A stretch of 63,611 nt of DNA, filler included, from Octopus bimaculoides (GCF_001194135.2; 7 parts of 6 records of this genome joined end to end with filler, not necessarily neighbours in it); one strand, 5' to 3'. Positions 1 to 13,715 are shown, counted from the first letter of the whole stretch. The notes: generated by a model from the sequence alone, not told the origin. Made by a program: numbers and translations.

Positions 1-287
1 GAACGGCATTAAGTGTTTTCGCCTCTGGCATTAGGAGCGGGAAGTCGGCCTCGTTGAAAACCTTAGCCATATTCGTTTTAAAGAATATGGCTAGGAACGA
101 GGAAGATATGTTTGAATTTTTGGAAATAAGGCTCTAAATAGAGCTATTTCCGATTTGAAAAATATATGTTCACGAAGTATTTTGTGTTATACACAACTTA
201 TACAAAATTTTAAGACAAAATAGGTCTTTTAAGAGGTGAAAAATGCAACTTACATGGGAGCCGATGTGTCTACCGTCCGTCCATGAT

Positions 288-358
<71 letters not shown>
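288..358. repeat. (GATA)n microsatellite
   Basis: Uninterrupted GATA tandem repeat read directly. Confidence 0.97.
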
Positions 359-1554
359 TGGTGGTACGCTAACGTTTGTAACAGATTTTTATAATTAAAG
401 TGTATTAATTTCTTCGAAGCTTTGTTCTCTGTAGAACGGAACTATTGGTATTATACAGAGAAAGAAAATGTTTATTTCAATAAAGAAATCCAATATTTTA
501 TACCATATTACCATAAGGTGTACATCTGGCGTATTGCATAACAGTTTAAACGGAATGAGAATTTCACTAGGCTTAATCATTGACTGTCATCTATCGAATT
601 TGTATTATCTTCAGCAATATCAAAATGCCTGAAATTAAAAACCATGGCGACGGTAAAGCGATCATGTGTTGCCAATCAGACTGTATAATGATCCAGCATT
701 TCGCTGAACATTCCTCTTGTCAATTTATATTTTTTTCTTTCAATCATCGAAGGAGAAGGCATCTGCAATATATAATATATTACATCAGCCTGTCTGCAGG
801 TTTATATTTGATAATTCTTGAACAAAGGAAATGTGACGACTACTCGTTTCACTATGCTTACAAAAATCACAATACAATAAGATATGCAGAGTGTGTAAAT
901 ACAGTGAGTTAGGTGTGTTATTGGAGTTTCGTTTCACACACTTGTTACTCCGACGAGATTAGAGATGTCGATTCATTGAAATTGTTAAATGTAAGCCTAA
1001 CTCAAAACTTATGATATATAACATTTTAACCACGTCAGTACACTGCTTTGTACTGAGAAAACTAATAAAATTAAACAACTTTATGAAAAATATCGTTGTC
1101 ATCGTATACGAAAACATATCTTTCTGTATTATCTGTGTGCAAAACAGAAAAAACTTTGTCTATTTTACATGAACATCACTGTATCCCTCTTTAGCAAGTA
1201 TCTTATGGCCTTTTAAATGATAGTCACTTGCGTTTGAAGCTAAAACCTTTATCAAGAATGGAGAATTTGAGGGAGTGGAAGTTGTCGTACCTTTACTTAG
1301 CAATGTTAGTCTAATCAACGTTATAATTTTTCTTTCAACTCCTTAAAATGTGCTACAAACAATTTTTCTAATGGTAGTATTATTTTCAGTCATATGTACA
1401 TAGTTCTGTAAGGCATCTCAACCTAGTTATTGTGAATTATATAAACACATTACAAATAGGTAATTTGATCAAAAATAACATCAAACCTCATGTCATGGGG
1501 AATAACAATTTAATTGATTTTATGCATATATACGTATGTATTTCCTCATTCAGT

Positions 1555-1800
1555 TTTATTTCAAGACATCTTGCCAGTAGAGAAAGAGTCGATTTCTAAT
1601 CTAGCTCCAAGGCTCCTTCATTGGAATTTCACCATCAACTGAGTATTTTTGTATGTATATATTGTTGTATATATATGTGCAGACTTGTACGCTTTTTTAT
1701 GTACGCCTTCTAATGCATATAGTTGCATGTCTAGACATGCTCATATATACTTAAATGATAAAGTCCTGGGAAATTTCACACGCTTTTACAGCTCCGGTGA
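1555..1800. mobile_element. Possible interspersed-repeat remnant (PLE terminal-repeat-like?)
   Basis: The minus strand has CCAATGA...GAAA spacing loosely resembling a degenerate hammerhead-type terminal repeat. No coding remnant; weak. Confidence 0.2.
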
Positions 1801-1802
1801 CG

Positions 1803-1876
1803 TATGGATGGATGGATGAATGGACAGACGGACGAACGGCAGAAAAACAGACAGAAAGACAAACAGACAGACTGAC

Positions 1877-1926
<50 letters not shown>
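1803..1926. repeat. Compound tetranucleotide microsatellite grading (GATG)n to (GACG/GACA)n to (GATA)n
   Basis: Read directly. Confidence 0.9.
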
Positions 1927-2781
1927 CGTATGTCTGGAAATTATGTATACAGTTATATATTTGTGTGCGTTTGAATAATGACTTTATTTTCTAGGACCAT
2001 AAGGAAGCGGATTTTCTAAAAGAGATTTCACCACATATGCTTTATCTATGTCTACTACCCGAGACTCTCGTGTCAGGTGAAAGAGCTGCAGATTTCTTTG
2101 TTTCGGAAAAATGATTCGCAAACTTGCAAAATGAATAAACGAGTATCTGATTTCAACATCGAAATAAAGCTTTGATATATTATATTATATATATTTGATT
2201 CCTCATGCATAGATATATATTTCAATATATTTCCTTTAGGTTATCAGCGTATCACTATCTAAGACTTACGTGTAATCAACTATGTTTCGTCTTAATAATT
2301 TCTTGGCATGTTTCTAAATTACAATTCATTCTAAATTATATTTTAGATTTCTAAACTACTGTTATTTAACACCACAACACCTTGATTTCAGCAGACGGTA
2401 TCAGAAAGGTTCCTTTCGTAGTTATCCGGTTACATTTTATATCTCTAAGGGGGCTACATCTAGAAGCTTCCTAGGAGCCATTGAGATATAATATGTGTTC
2501 GTTGCAAAAAGCAATTTAACTCCTTTCCGAAATAAACATACATTTTAATGGCTTTTTGGAAGCTAAGAATGATACAGATGCACTCATCTTTGAGTGCAAT
2601 GCATCTTTTAACAGAAACCGCTGAAAGATACTGGATGTGATGATGTAACTCTTGTTCTTTTCTCATTCATTAATTGATATTATGCACTGTACTCTTCTAA
2701 CACTACTATAAATTAAATAGGTATATGAAGTTTTCACTGGTTAATAGTATTGCTATGCTTAAGCAAAACCATTATGCATTA

Positions 2782-2816
<35 letters not shown>

Positions 2817-3314
2817 ACATTGAATGCTTATATATTTATTTGCATGTAGGTATATAAGGAACAACTGTTTGTTTCTATAGAAATATAGACGAATTTCCAT
2901 TTAGAATTTGTTCAGGCATTTGAACTTTGATGTAAACTCTCATCTACTAAACTTCGTTTCTAAAGGCATGTTGGCAGCATAAAATGAAGCAGCTGGAGAA
3001 ATCCATTAGCTTTCTCTATTGATGCAAGAAACCGATTCCTTACATGCTTTCAAGAAACCAGACTTATTGAGAGAGAATGGATATTTTTTGAACGTTGTGA
3101 TATGGGTTTGAGAGATATCTCTTAAATTATAGAACCGATTTAATTTAAATGGAACGGACACACTAGAAATCTAAAACTGCTCGTTGTTTCTTATCTCGGA
3201 ATTCTTGTCATGAGCTAAAAAGGAAATTAATGTAGGTTTCCATTACTTTGTATGTTAATGGTGCGTATGACTGGTCAACCAGAATCGATCGACACACTGC
3301 TTTTGTAATCGTTT

Positions 3315-3348
3315 TTATTATTATTATTATCATTATTATTATTATTAT

Positions 3349-3410
<62 letters not shown>

Positions 3411-3457
3411 TTGTCATCATCATCATCGTCATCATCATCATTATTATTATTATTATT
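3315..3457. repeat. Compound trinucleotide microsatellite (ATT)n-(AGT)n-(ATC)n-(ATT)n
   Basis: Read directly; abuts the 3' end of the minus-strand LINE. Confidence 0.95.
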
Positions 3458-4766
3458 TTATGTTTGACTTTTGTTTTGCATTTGTACAAGTTGGATCCAA
3501 GTCTCACCCAGAGACCTCAAGAGACAACAAGTTAGAAGTTCATGTAGGTGTTATGCCTAGGTTACCATATATTTGGATTGGTACAGTTTTGTTCAAGTGA
3601 ATGNNNNNNNNNNNNNNNNNNNNNNNNNNNNNNNNNNNNNNNNNNNNNNNNNNNNNNNNNNNNNNNNNNNNNNNNNNNNNNNNNNNNNNNNNNNNNNNNN
3701 NNNNNNNNNNNNNNNNNNNNNNNNNNNNNNNNNNNNNNNNNNNNNNNNNNNNNNNNNNNNNNNNNNNNNNNNNNNNNNNNNNNNNNNNNNNNNNNNNNNN
3801 NNNNNNNNNNNNNNNNNNNNNNNNNNNNNNNNNNNNNNNNNNNNNNNNNNNNNNNNNNNNNNNNNNNNNNNNNNNNNNNNNNNNNNNNNNNNNNNNNNNN
3901 NNNNNNNNNNNNNNNNNNNNNNNNNNNNNNNNNNNNNNNNNNNNNNNNNNNNNNNNNNNNNNNNNNNNNNNNNNNNNNNNNNNNNNNNNNNNNNNNNNNN
4001 NNNNNNNNNNNNNNNNNNNNNNNNNNNNNNNNNNNNNNNNNNNNNNNNNNNNNNNNNNNNNNNNNNNNNNNNNNNNNNNNNNNNNNNNNNNNNNNNNNNN
4101 NNNNNNNNNNNNNNNNNNNNNNNNNNNNNNNNNNNNNNNNNNNNNNNNNNNNNNNNNNNNNNNNNNNNNNNNNNNNNNNNNNNNNNNNNNNNNNNNNNNN
4201 NNNNNNNNNNNNNNNNNNNNNNNNNNNNNNNNNNNNNNNNNNNNNNNNNNNNNNNNNNNNNNNNNNNNNNNNNNNNNNNNNNNNNNNNNNNNNNNNNNNN
4301 NNNNNNNNNNNNNNNNNNNNNNNNNNNNNNNNNNNNNNNNNNNNNNNNNNNNNNNNNNNNNNNNNNNNNNNNNNNNNNNNNNNNNNNNNNNNNNNNNNNN
4401 NNNNNNNNNNNNNNNNNNNNNNNNNNNNNNNNNNNNNNNNNNNNNNNNNNNNNNNNNNNNNNNNNNNNNNNNNNNNNNNNNNNNNNNNNNNNNNNNNTTG
4501 AGAGGTTTTCCATGCCATTTTTCAGTCATAATATCTAAGGCAGCAATTTTTGCACAGGTTTTCAAGCACTTAGCTTTTTCTGCAGGTGTTTCTAGTTCGT
4601 CTAATTCTTGAATTTGTTGCAATTGGAATTCACTTAGATAGTCCTTTGCCTGTTTTGTTACTGAGTAAGATGCTTTCTTGCTTTCATGTCTTAAGACAAG
4701 TTTTAGCATCCAGTCCTCAGAGTTTTTCAGATAGGTGTCTAGGCCAATTGTGGCTAACTTCATTGA
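3458..4766 (-). mobile_element. 5'-truncated R4/Dong-like non-LTR retrotransposon (894-bp gap inside)
   Basis: Minus frame 4763-4498 reads MKLATIGLDTYLKNSEDWMLKLVLRHESKKASYSVTKQAK...EKWHGKPL, resembling the post-RT region of R4/Dong REL-endonuclease elements. A short 3' UTR runs into (AAT)n, and the 5' side is also flanked by (AAT)n. Confidence 0.7.

Positions 4767-4815
<49 letters not shown>
4766..4815. repeat. (ATT)n microsatellite
   Basis: Read directly. Confidence 0.95.
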
Positions 4816-6724
4816 GACTGAGATCGTTGTCATTTTTAGTTAACACTTTAATACACCCTTTAATAATTGACTAAGCCACATTAGATTAGTATCAATCTAT
4901 ATACATTAATGCAAAAAACTGTAAGATGTTATCTAATTGAGACTATTGTCATTTTGCTGTTGGATTAATCATGTTATGTACATGTATATTGTATCTATAT
5001 ATTAGAATTATAATATAAAAGCTGACATGTACAGCAATGAAGGGAAAATTACAAAGTGAGTAAAATTATGTGTAATATGAGAATAATATAGGAATAGCAG
5101 TGTTATCCGTCTTGTCTCGCGTAACTTTCAAACTATACTTTGCCGCCAAGGGTAACGTCAGAAAATAGGGCCGACATACAATAATCCTGATTTAACTTTT
5201 ATCGAATTTTTTGATGTTCAAACAAAATGATAAAATCAATACTAATCTTTAAAAAAAATCATTATCTTAAATCATTATCTTAAAAGAAAGCAATGAGGTA
5301 CATATTCATTTACTCGAAAATGAATACACTAATCGCTGTTATGTTTTGTCTACGAAGAATACTTTTTCATTTGTATCACCTGTCACACACTCCTAGTCCC
5401 ATATCCCTGTCTCTATAACTCTTTCTCCCTTAGTCTGTGTATGTGTGTCTAATGTCATATACGTTTTGCGTGGCGCTAAACCTGGCATGTGCACTCAAGT
5501 TAATTCTCTCTCAATCTCTCTTTTACGTTCTCTCTCGCCCTCTATACGATGTAAAGGGTGAGTGGAGAATCAACCAATGAACCAACATTTATATCGGCTA
5601 TTATTATAATGAGATATTGATATGGATAAAGGACTATAACATAACAAAGAAAGAAAGAAACCGAATTATAAAAGAATAAACAGGAACGTTGTGTGTAGAG
5701 AAAGAGTTAAACATAGGAGATTGTGCAATGTATAATGGGCTTAAATGCAATCAGAAATCCCATTAATCAGAAACTATTCCAATCTTGATTTAATTTTGCT
5801 TATAAATATTGATTATTAATCATCATATTAATTGTGGCAGTATAATTGGTGGGTAACCGATATCCATATTCCATGTTGGGGATATATAAATTTTCTTATA
5901 CAGGATGAGAATCGTGGACGTTAACAAAGTGCTGTATTTGTTCTGTTCACATACTTGAAGTTTAATATCCATTTCATGTAGGAAACCTTAAATATTTATA
6001 CCATTGTTTCAAACATGAAAGATTTCGTCACATAGTATAAGCATATGGATGGTTGGAGTAACCACTGATTTTAGAATGATTTTTCAAGAGTGTCTAGGTT
6101 AAACGCTGACAGGAGAAAAATATATTTCAAAGTAAGTTGATTTTAATTACTTAAACAATAATGAACTAGTAACCAACTAAATTCGCAGAGTTATTTAACG
6201 CTCTGCAAATCATAATTATTTGGTAATTCGTTTTAGGTGAAGATTCATGAAAAATCAATGAACTGAAAATAAATAAAACTAGCATCAGTTTAGACCATGG
6301 CGAACTCTTTTTCCTGTTGCTTTATTAGAGTTGCGCAGTGAGGCTCGGATGACCCCCTGTGCAATAGGTTAGCTGTTAAATAAGATGAATGAACGCTGAA
6401 AATATTGGAAAGTGGATAACAAACAGAGGCTTTTTAAAGAAAATAAGCGTGCAGAGAAAGTGAACACTGAAATGTTACCTTGCTGCATATGATTAATTTT
6501 CAGATCAAATTTAATGTCATCAATGTTATTCGTTTTTATAACTAAATATTTATGCCGTTACTCATAAAGTTATATTTGTTATATTTATTGGCTCGAGCAT
6601 TTCCCGCTAATATTCTTACTTTGTACTATTATGTCTTTTCATATAAGAACGCTAACATGACATCAGTGTCATTGTATAAGATCTTCTTTAGAAAACTTTG
6701 TATAAATATGTGTGTATGTGTGTT

Positions 6725-6776
<52 letters not shown>

Positions 6777-6785
6777 TATATATAT

Positions 6786-6944
6786 CATCATCATCATCAT
6801 CATCATCGTTTAACGTCCGCTTTCCATGCTAGCATTGGTTGGACGATTTGACTGAGGACTGGTGAAACCGGATGGCAACACCAGGCTCCAGTCTGATTTG
6901 GCAGAGTTTCTACAGCTGGATGCCCTTCCTAACGCCAACCACTC
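6786..6944 (-). mobile_element. SINE family D, 3' part ending in (GAT)n
   Basis: Minus strand GAGTGGTTGGCGTTAGGAAGGGCATCCAGCTGTAG...GGAAAGCGGACGTTAAACGATGATGATG: a SINE-core-like motif plus a simple-repeat tail of the RTE-mobilised type. Confidence 0.75.
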
Positions 6945-7594
6945 AGATACATATATATATATGTATATGTATATATATATATATGTATATATGTATANNN
7001 NNNNNNNNNNNNNNNNNNNNNNNNNNNNNNNNNNNNNNNNNNNNNNNNNNNNNNNNNNNNNNNNNNNTATATGTTTTCTTAATTTTACGATGTCTTGATA
7101 AAGTGTGACTGAATAAACAGAGTTGTTAATATAAGGAAGCATTTAGCAAATATGAAGTTGATTAGATATGAAGTGGCATTTGACTTAATGAAATACATGA
7201 AAATATATATTAAATATATTTATTACTATGAGCCCTACGAATGTCTGCTATATTGTTATAAAGGCAATTGATTATTTTAAATTTCATTCACAAACAAAAA
7301 TACATTTGATTTTTATCATGACAAGATGCATATCAGGGAAATACAATTAAATAAAATTCAATTTTAAAAGAAATTATTAATCATTCATCTATTATAATTT
7401 TCTCTTTGAAAAGGGAGGTTTTATTAATACCATTGCAAAGAGAGGTTTTATTAATATCATTGCAAAGGGAATTTTGCATTAACAATATTACTGAAATTTA
7501 GTAGCGGAAAATGTGGAGCGCCCTGTCGAAAATGTGTGTTCATTTGCCTGTGAGAGGTAGGGGTGCACGCGCGTCATTGTGATTGGGGTTTGTA

Positions 7595-7631
<37 letters not shown>

Positions 7632-7674
7632 TGATATGTGATCATGTGGGATCAACATATACATAAAACATCAA

Positions 7675-7896
7675 GGCAGAGAGATGGCTGAATCGTTAAT
7701 ACGCTGGACGAAATGCTTAGCGGTATTTCGCCCGTTGCTACGTTCTGAGTTCAAATTCCGCCAAGGTCGACCTTGCCTTTTATCCTTTCGGGGTCGATAA
7801 ATTAAATACCAGTCAAATACTGGAGTCGACGCGATTGATTCCCACCACCACTTGACAACAAAAGTCCAGCCCTTGTGCCTATAGTTGAAAGATTAT
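7675..7896 (+). mobile_element. tRNA-derived SINE family B
   Basis: Shares GAATCGTTAG...GAAATGCTTAGCGGTATTTCG...TTCTGAGTTCAAATTCCGCC...GGTCGATAA...CCTTGTGCC with more than 10 other copies here. Confidence 0.85.
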
Positions 7897-8199
7897 ACAT
7901 AAAAGGTCTCAGTACTTCACAAGATCAAAAACATTCCCAAAATTGTGCCCTGTAGAGTGAGTGAAGACTAAGGTCTTAAAACTCAATATCCAAATCAGGA
8001 GTCCCAGCTACTAAACTAGTAGCAATAAAATCTACTTCAGGTCTTCCTATCCATAACTTCTACAACAACAAATCATAGATTTATTGGAATTAAGTGGCAC
8101 CAAGCAACAACAACTGAAACTAAGAGACTGCCATAGACAATTTCACAGCAGTAGCATCGTGTCGGTTGAGAATAAGGAGTAAATTGTGGCCGAAGTGGA

Positions 8200-8460
8200 T
8201 TGGCAGACATGTATTTAGAAAAAAAGAAAACGAAAATAACGAAGTAAAAATGTTCTCTGATGAAAAATCCATCTTTGATTATTGTATCTTCATCTAACGG
8301 AATATGGAGCGCCTCTGTGGTGACTAGGAACTTGTCTTCTTATGAAAGTGGAGGAATCATATGGAAGAATCCAATTCTATGTCGTATGAAAAACAATCGT
8401 TGGTGCATTCAGAGGACAATTAGATTAAATGTGGGAAAAACTACCAAGACAAAGTAATGT
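8200..8460 (+). mobile_element. Highly degenerate Tc1-like transposase remnant
   Basis: Remnant motifs across shifted frames: MFSDEK (first catalytic D), SGGIIW (cf. GGGSVMVW) and YQDK (cf. FQQDN). Many stops. Confidence 0.3.
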
Positions 8461-8557
8461 TTGACAGGAGACGGAATAAAACTATGAAGAATACAAAAAA
8501 TAGTAGGCTATTTTATTGTATTTAGTTACACAAAAGGATTCAAGCGCTGTTAATGTA

Positions 8558-8606
8558 GTACTTGAATATATAGTTTGAAGTTGTACTTGAATATATAGTT
8601 TGAAGT
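8558..8606. repeat. 25-bp tandem duplication GTACTTGAATATATAGTTTGAAGT(T) x2
   Basis: Read directly. Confidence 0.9.
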
Positions 8607-10062
8607 ATTAGCGCTTGAATGACTTGAGTTGTGAAGTACCACTTTAGTGTCGAGAAGCATCCAACAAACTAGGATGATAGCTCTGCCTGGCTTTCAGGTT
8701 TTGCTTATAAGTCTCGATAAGACAAAAGAGGTAGCTTGCACGATAATTTCATTTTCGGTAGGATTGAAACAATATTTATATATTATACCGACATTAAATT
8801 TGTTAGGGTTAATCAGTCATTATGTTTATACAGTTGTTGTCTTTAAAGGTAATGTAAAATGTCTATGAGAAAGAAGAACAATTGTGTTATCCATTCATAG
8901 ATGGTGATTCATTTGTTGTGTTTAATGTTCATATTCGTTTGTCAACTAGTTACTGGTGATAGTATTAAGCAATTAATGTTGTTAGGTGTCGTGTTCTAAA
9001 TGGTATAAAATTTTACTCTTGACATTCGGCTTATCTATATATGTTAGTTTTGTTTATTCTAAAAATTAAGTGTTTATTTTCTGCTTGAACTAATGAGATT
9101 TGTTTTATGATTGAGAAGTGTGCACACCATATAGTTCTTCGAATAAAGTTGTACCATTTTTGTTAATAATCTAATGTATATGTCTATTTGAAAAACAAAG
9201 TTTGTTATATATTGTGCATCGAAAATCGTTATTATGCTTCAACATTTTGTCAGCCTGTTTATCTGTATTTAGAGATCGTCAAAACTTGGAGCATAATATA
9301 GTATCTGTTACTGGATGTAATGTAGACCAATATCTACATAGAGGATTTGATACCATTTCTTAAGATTTGAGGCTACGGAGAGTGCAAACTGTTTCATGTC
9401 ATTCAAAGATATTGAAACACAATTGTAAAAAGGAATGTATATGCATACCTGTTTTTGTTTCCGGCATTCAAGAAAAAAGACATGTAAATGACGACAGTAG
9501 ATGGGGGTTACTAGTGTAAAGGTATGGGTTATTTGTTGAACAATGGAGAGTACATTTATTTGATGTTACTTGAATATTTTGATTTATATTCGTAATAGAG
9601 TTTTTAATACATTAAAACGTGAGTTCGTTTTTGGACAATGTGTGATTTGGCTGTATTTTAGAGATAAAAAAAAACATTCATTTTTTTCGCAGCGATTAGG
9701 AGGTCATTGTTTAACTATGGTAAATATTTCTGCTTGAAATGTATTTTATATGAAGATTTTATTGGAAGGAATATGAGCAACTACTGAACAAATACAGACT
9801 TCCTGACAACTATCCTCATGATTTCTCTTTGTGTTTCCGTGAGTGCTTGACATGCTCACACATTCACACACACAAACGCATACACACATACATACCCATA
9901 AATGTGTATGCACGAGTATATGTGTATACGTTCGTGCGCATCAGTGTGTGTGTCTGCGTGTATCTGTGCGTGCGTGCGTGCGTGCGTACCATGCTATTAA
10001 GATTATGCTTAAAGGATTTGAAAGAAATAAGAACGTACAATCGTTGCAGCTGTTATTTTAAC

Positions 10063-10063
<1 letters not shown>

Positions 10064-10126
<63 letters not shown>

Positions 10127-10177
10127 CATATATAGACAGACAGACAGACAGACAGACAGATAGAAAGATAGATAGAT
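10064..10177. repeat. (GATA)n-(GACA)n microsatellite
   Basis: Read directly. Confidence 0.95.
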
Positions 10178-11957
10178 TTTATGTAAAAAATAGTCACATT
10201 CCAGCCTATAACAGTACTAGAATCTCTAAATATTGTAAAGGCATTCCCACATGGTATTTTTTGAACTTGGAATATTTTTTGCAACCGTGAATATTTTCTT
10301 CAGTCTAAATTGTTAAATTTAGATCCTTCTACAGCAGGAAGGTCTGAAAGGGCCAAAATTCTGCCCCTATTTTCTAAGATGTGACGAAATGATTTTTTCT
10401 TGTTTTGTTTGAGAATGGAACATTTAGGTATATTTGGATGTATGTTACAGATAAGAATGTTAATATCAACTGGGACAATAGCTATGTAATATGAGCTGGC
10501 GTACTGGATATTAAACAAAAATATGCACTTCATACGATAGCAAAACAGATAATCACAAATGTAACGATGATGCTAGATCGCACAACCTTGCGCAGTCTAG
10601 AAAATAGCCCCGCTAAAGAAATGCCAAGTAGCACGCAAGGGAATTTTCGTTCAATAGTACAATTCAAACATTCTATTTTCGGCAGAACACACACACACAC
10701 ACGCACACACACACACAAACACACATTTACAGAAAAAAACACTTAGCAGCATAAATTCTACACAAATGCACACAACAAGCTGTTGCGTTAAAGACATTCC
10801 ATACATACTTTACTTTCCACAAACTTTCACTTCACACTTTATTGTCAACATAATAACACCCGCAAAGAATACAGTGAGTACAACCACCCCCACATACTCA
10901 AGCACAATGACCACACATCCCCACAATGTATAGTGCAAATTACAAAACGCATACGAAATAAATCTAAATGTACTAAAGTAAACCAGGGAACCACAAATGA
11001 AATCCAAATAAATGTAGCTTTGACACCATGAACTAATCTTGCTTGAAGTTCTACACAGTATGATAGAATGACTTAAACTAAAATCTAAATACGATCCAGG
11101 TTGTAACTTGAAAAGTATCCACGTAAAATTATGGCACTCTCTTGCACTCATTTGCAAGACATTGTACCGTAAACTAAAAAGGTCTGTTACGATAGACCAA
11201 ATTATCTGAGAGAAATTAAGAGAAGGGAAATGAACATTGAATATTTGAGAAGCTATTATGTGTCGTTCCTCCAGTGTTATAGTGTAGCAAGTTACAGCAG
11301 AGTATAATTTCCGTAATTGACATGTTCAACAGTTTCCAGTTGGTAAACCATAACTTCAGCTGCATCTTCTCGTTTACTATGGTTACTTTTAAATTGACGA
11401 CATGCTTCTCGATCACGAACTCATTCAATTGTCACGTTGGCAAACGTATCAAAGGCAAAAAGTGGCTTCCGCTTGAGCGAGCTGATAAATTATGCAGCTT
11501 GGTTAGTCATCAGGTTAATTAATTTTCTTGGCGAGGGAGATTTCTATAGAGAAAGTTCTTAGAGATTGCAATCAATTCAGTAACGATGTGTTACAGAAAT
11601 GACACAGAGAGTTTTGTACAAATTTGCCATCAATTGAAATAATTTCAGCTATTACATGAAGGGACGAAATCAAACAGAAAATGACAATATTTTTGCATGG
11701 ATAAGAACTGGCCATAACCAATTCAATGTTACGACTGATAAGAAACTGACTACAAGGAAGTATTGAATATTCGATCTTTACTAGCGACTTCGTCGATATC
11801 GTCCACACACGTGGTGGTCAGATGTCTCCATATTAATCAAAGTACACGTCTTCTTTTTATGTCGGAATCGTATTGATTTCTATGCATATTTTAATCGTTA
11901 GAATGTTCTTCAGATGTTATAAAAAAAGGTACATATACGCACGCACATATATCTTAC

Positions 11958-11994
<37 letters not shown>

Positions 11995-11996
11995 CA

Positions 11997-12376
11997 GGCG
12001 CAGATGTGACGATGTGGTAAGAAGTTTGCTTCCAATCCACATGGTTCTGGGTTCAGTCCTACTGCGTGGCATCTTCTACTTTAGCCGCGGGCCGACCAAA
12101 GACTTGTGTGGGTTTGGTAGATGGAAACTGAAAGAAAGCCTATTCTGTGTGTGTGTGTGTGTGCGCGCGTGCTCGCGTGTGCGTGCGTGTGCGTGCATGT
12201 GCATGTTTGTATGTCTGCTTGACAACTGGTGTTGGCGGTGTATTTCTGTCCCGGTAACTTACTGGTTCACCAACAGGAACCGATAGAATAATTACCTGAC
12301 TTTGAAATATATTAAATCCTTGAGTAGATTCGTTTGACGAATAGAAAAGATTCTTCAAGGTGGAACCTCACTATGG
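11997..12376 (+). mobile_element. tRNA-derived SINE family A with internal (TG)n tract
   Basis: A-box-like TGTGGTAAG and B-box-like GGTTCAGTCC head, body motif GGCCGACCAAAG...TTTGGTAGATGGAAACTGAAAGAA, internal microsatellite, tail ACCGATAGAATAA. Confidence 0.8.
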
Positions 12377-12390
12377 TATCGGTTTATATA

Positions 12391-12770
12391 TGTGTGGTTA
12401 AGAAGCTTACTTGCCAACAACACGGTTCCGGATTCAAACCCTGTGTGGCACTTAGGGGAAGTGTCTTCTACTATTGCCACAGGCCGACCAAAGCCTTTTG
12501 AGTAGATTTGGTAGATATTATGTGTATGTGTGCGTGTGTGTGTGTGTGGTTGTGTCTGTGTTTGCCCCCATCACAGCTTGACAATCGGTGTCGATGTGTT
12601 TACATCCCCGTAACTTAACCGTTCCTCAAAAGGTAGCGACGGAATAAGTACTAGGCTCAGGAAATAAGCTCTGGTGTCGATTTGTTCGACTAAAACCCTT
12701 CAAGATGGTGCTCCAGCATGGCCACAGTCAAAAGATTAAAACAACTAATAGAACAAAAGAATAAAATAAA
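12391..12770 (+). mobile_element. tRNA-derived SINE family A (tandem second copy)
   Basis: Same head and body motifs; tail GTCGATTTGTTCGACTAAA...GGTGCTCCAGCATGGCCACAGTC followed by an A-rich end. Confidence 0.85.
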
Positions 12771-12808
12771 ACGTAGGTACATATACAAATATGTGTGTAT
12801 GTTATGCA

Positions 12809-13710
12809 CAGGGTGTTCGGGCTATATTTTACAATTTTTAGATTTACTTTCTTCAAGGCAACCTGAACGTAATGGTTAACAATCAACGGCGTTGGAGAGC
12901 ATTAAGACTAAATTTCTAGTTTGGAAAAAGTTAGCTGACATGGAGGATTGAAAACCATTTGAATGTTGGGAACGAGTTTCCTGTATTATGGTGATTCGCA
13001 GCGGGTATCAAAATGCCGACATCATGACTGCTGCTCTATGTTCTTTGAACACTGTAAAAATTGTAATACTTCATATAGGTAGTTGCAACTGAGACTACAA
13101 AGCCGTAACCAGCAGGAAGGTGCACAGAAGGCGTTACGACTACGTTCTCACGCCGTAATTATCCCCACAGTTCTTTGAACAGGGACTTAGGCCCGATTCA
13201 GGCGACTAAGTGAAGCTACTGGAGACTGACATTAATCCCTGGCAGGAGATGATTGCTGGTAGCATGTCGTATGTGTGGCAGCAGGATTCAACTCTTTGCA
13301 ATACCTCCGAAAAGAGTCAGAAGCATTTGTCGGAAAATTTCTATTTCGGAAGCCCCAATTTCTAGCTTCCTAATTCCCTTGATTGCAATTCCATGGATTA
13401 CTATGTGTAGAGTATAGTTGAGGAAGACACCAACAGCACTGGTTGCAATACCAAACCCGAGCTATTGGTCAACATCCAAGGAGTTCTTGAAGATTTTTTC
13501 CAGGAGCACAGTGAGGAACTCATGCACAACGTTCTGGAAGTGTTTTAAGGCGTGGTGGGAGTTGGGGACGGTTATTTGAGTAAATTTTTATCTCCCAGTT
13601 ATAATTTAGTTGATATTTTTTTTGTTTTTTTTTTAAAATACTTTTATTTTTGCATGGGACATTGTGTCTTCTGTTACTTATATGCAAATTGTCATAGCGA
13701 GAACACTTTG
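12809..13710 (+). mobile_element. Internally deleted Tc1/mariner-superfamily transposon, maT/DD37D-like, transposase dead
   Basis: From 13276: WQQDSTLCNTSEKSQKHLSENF...PNF*LPNSLDCNSMDYYV*SIVE, matching WQQDSAPCHTS...WPPNSPDCNPMDYYVW. Ends are imperfect inverted repeats (CAGGGTGTTC vs GAACACTTTG), with TA after the right end. Confidence 0.8.
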
Positions 13711-13715
13711 TACAC

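Noticed and set aside
61-144. Hairpins TAGCCATATTC/GAATATGGCTA (64-93) and GCTCT/AGAGC (131-144) near a short open frame
   Set aside because: They lie at the window edge with no context, the frames are not recognisable, and the stems alone do not support a call.
395-912. Hydrophobic ORFs 395-580 (-) and 580-912 (+)
   Set aside because: No recognisable domain or splice context; consistent with chance ORFs in AT-rich DNA.
1575-1640. Possible second hammerhead on the minus strand (CCAATGA...GAAA)
   Set aside because: The core lacks U4/G5 and the U16.1 position, so it is not a canonical catalytic core.
8900-9560. Possible very old L2/Crack-like LINE remnant on the minus strand, and a similar one at 56400-57000 next to (TTTA)n
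   Set aside because: Only vague motif resemblance across many stops; this needs a profile-HMM search.
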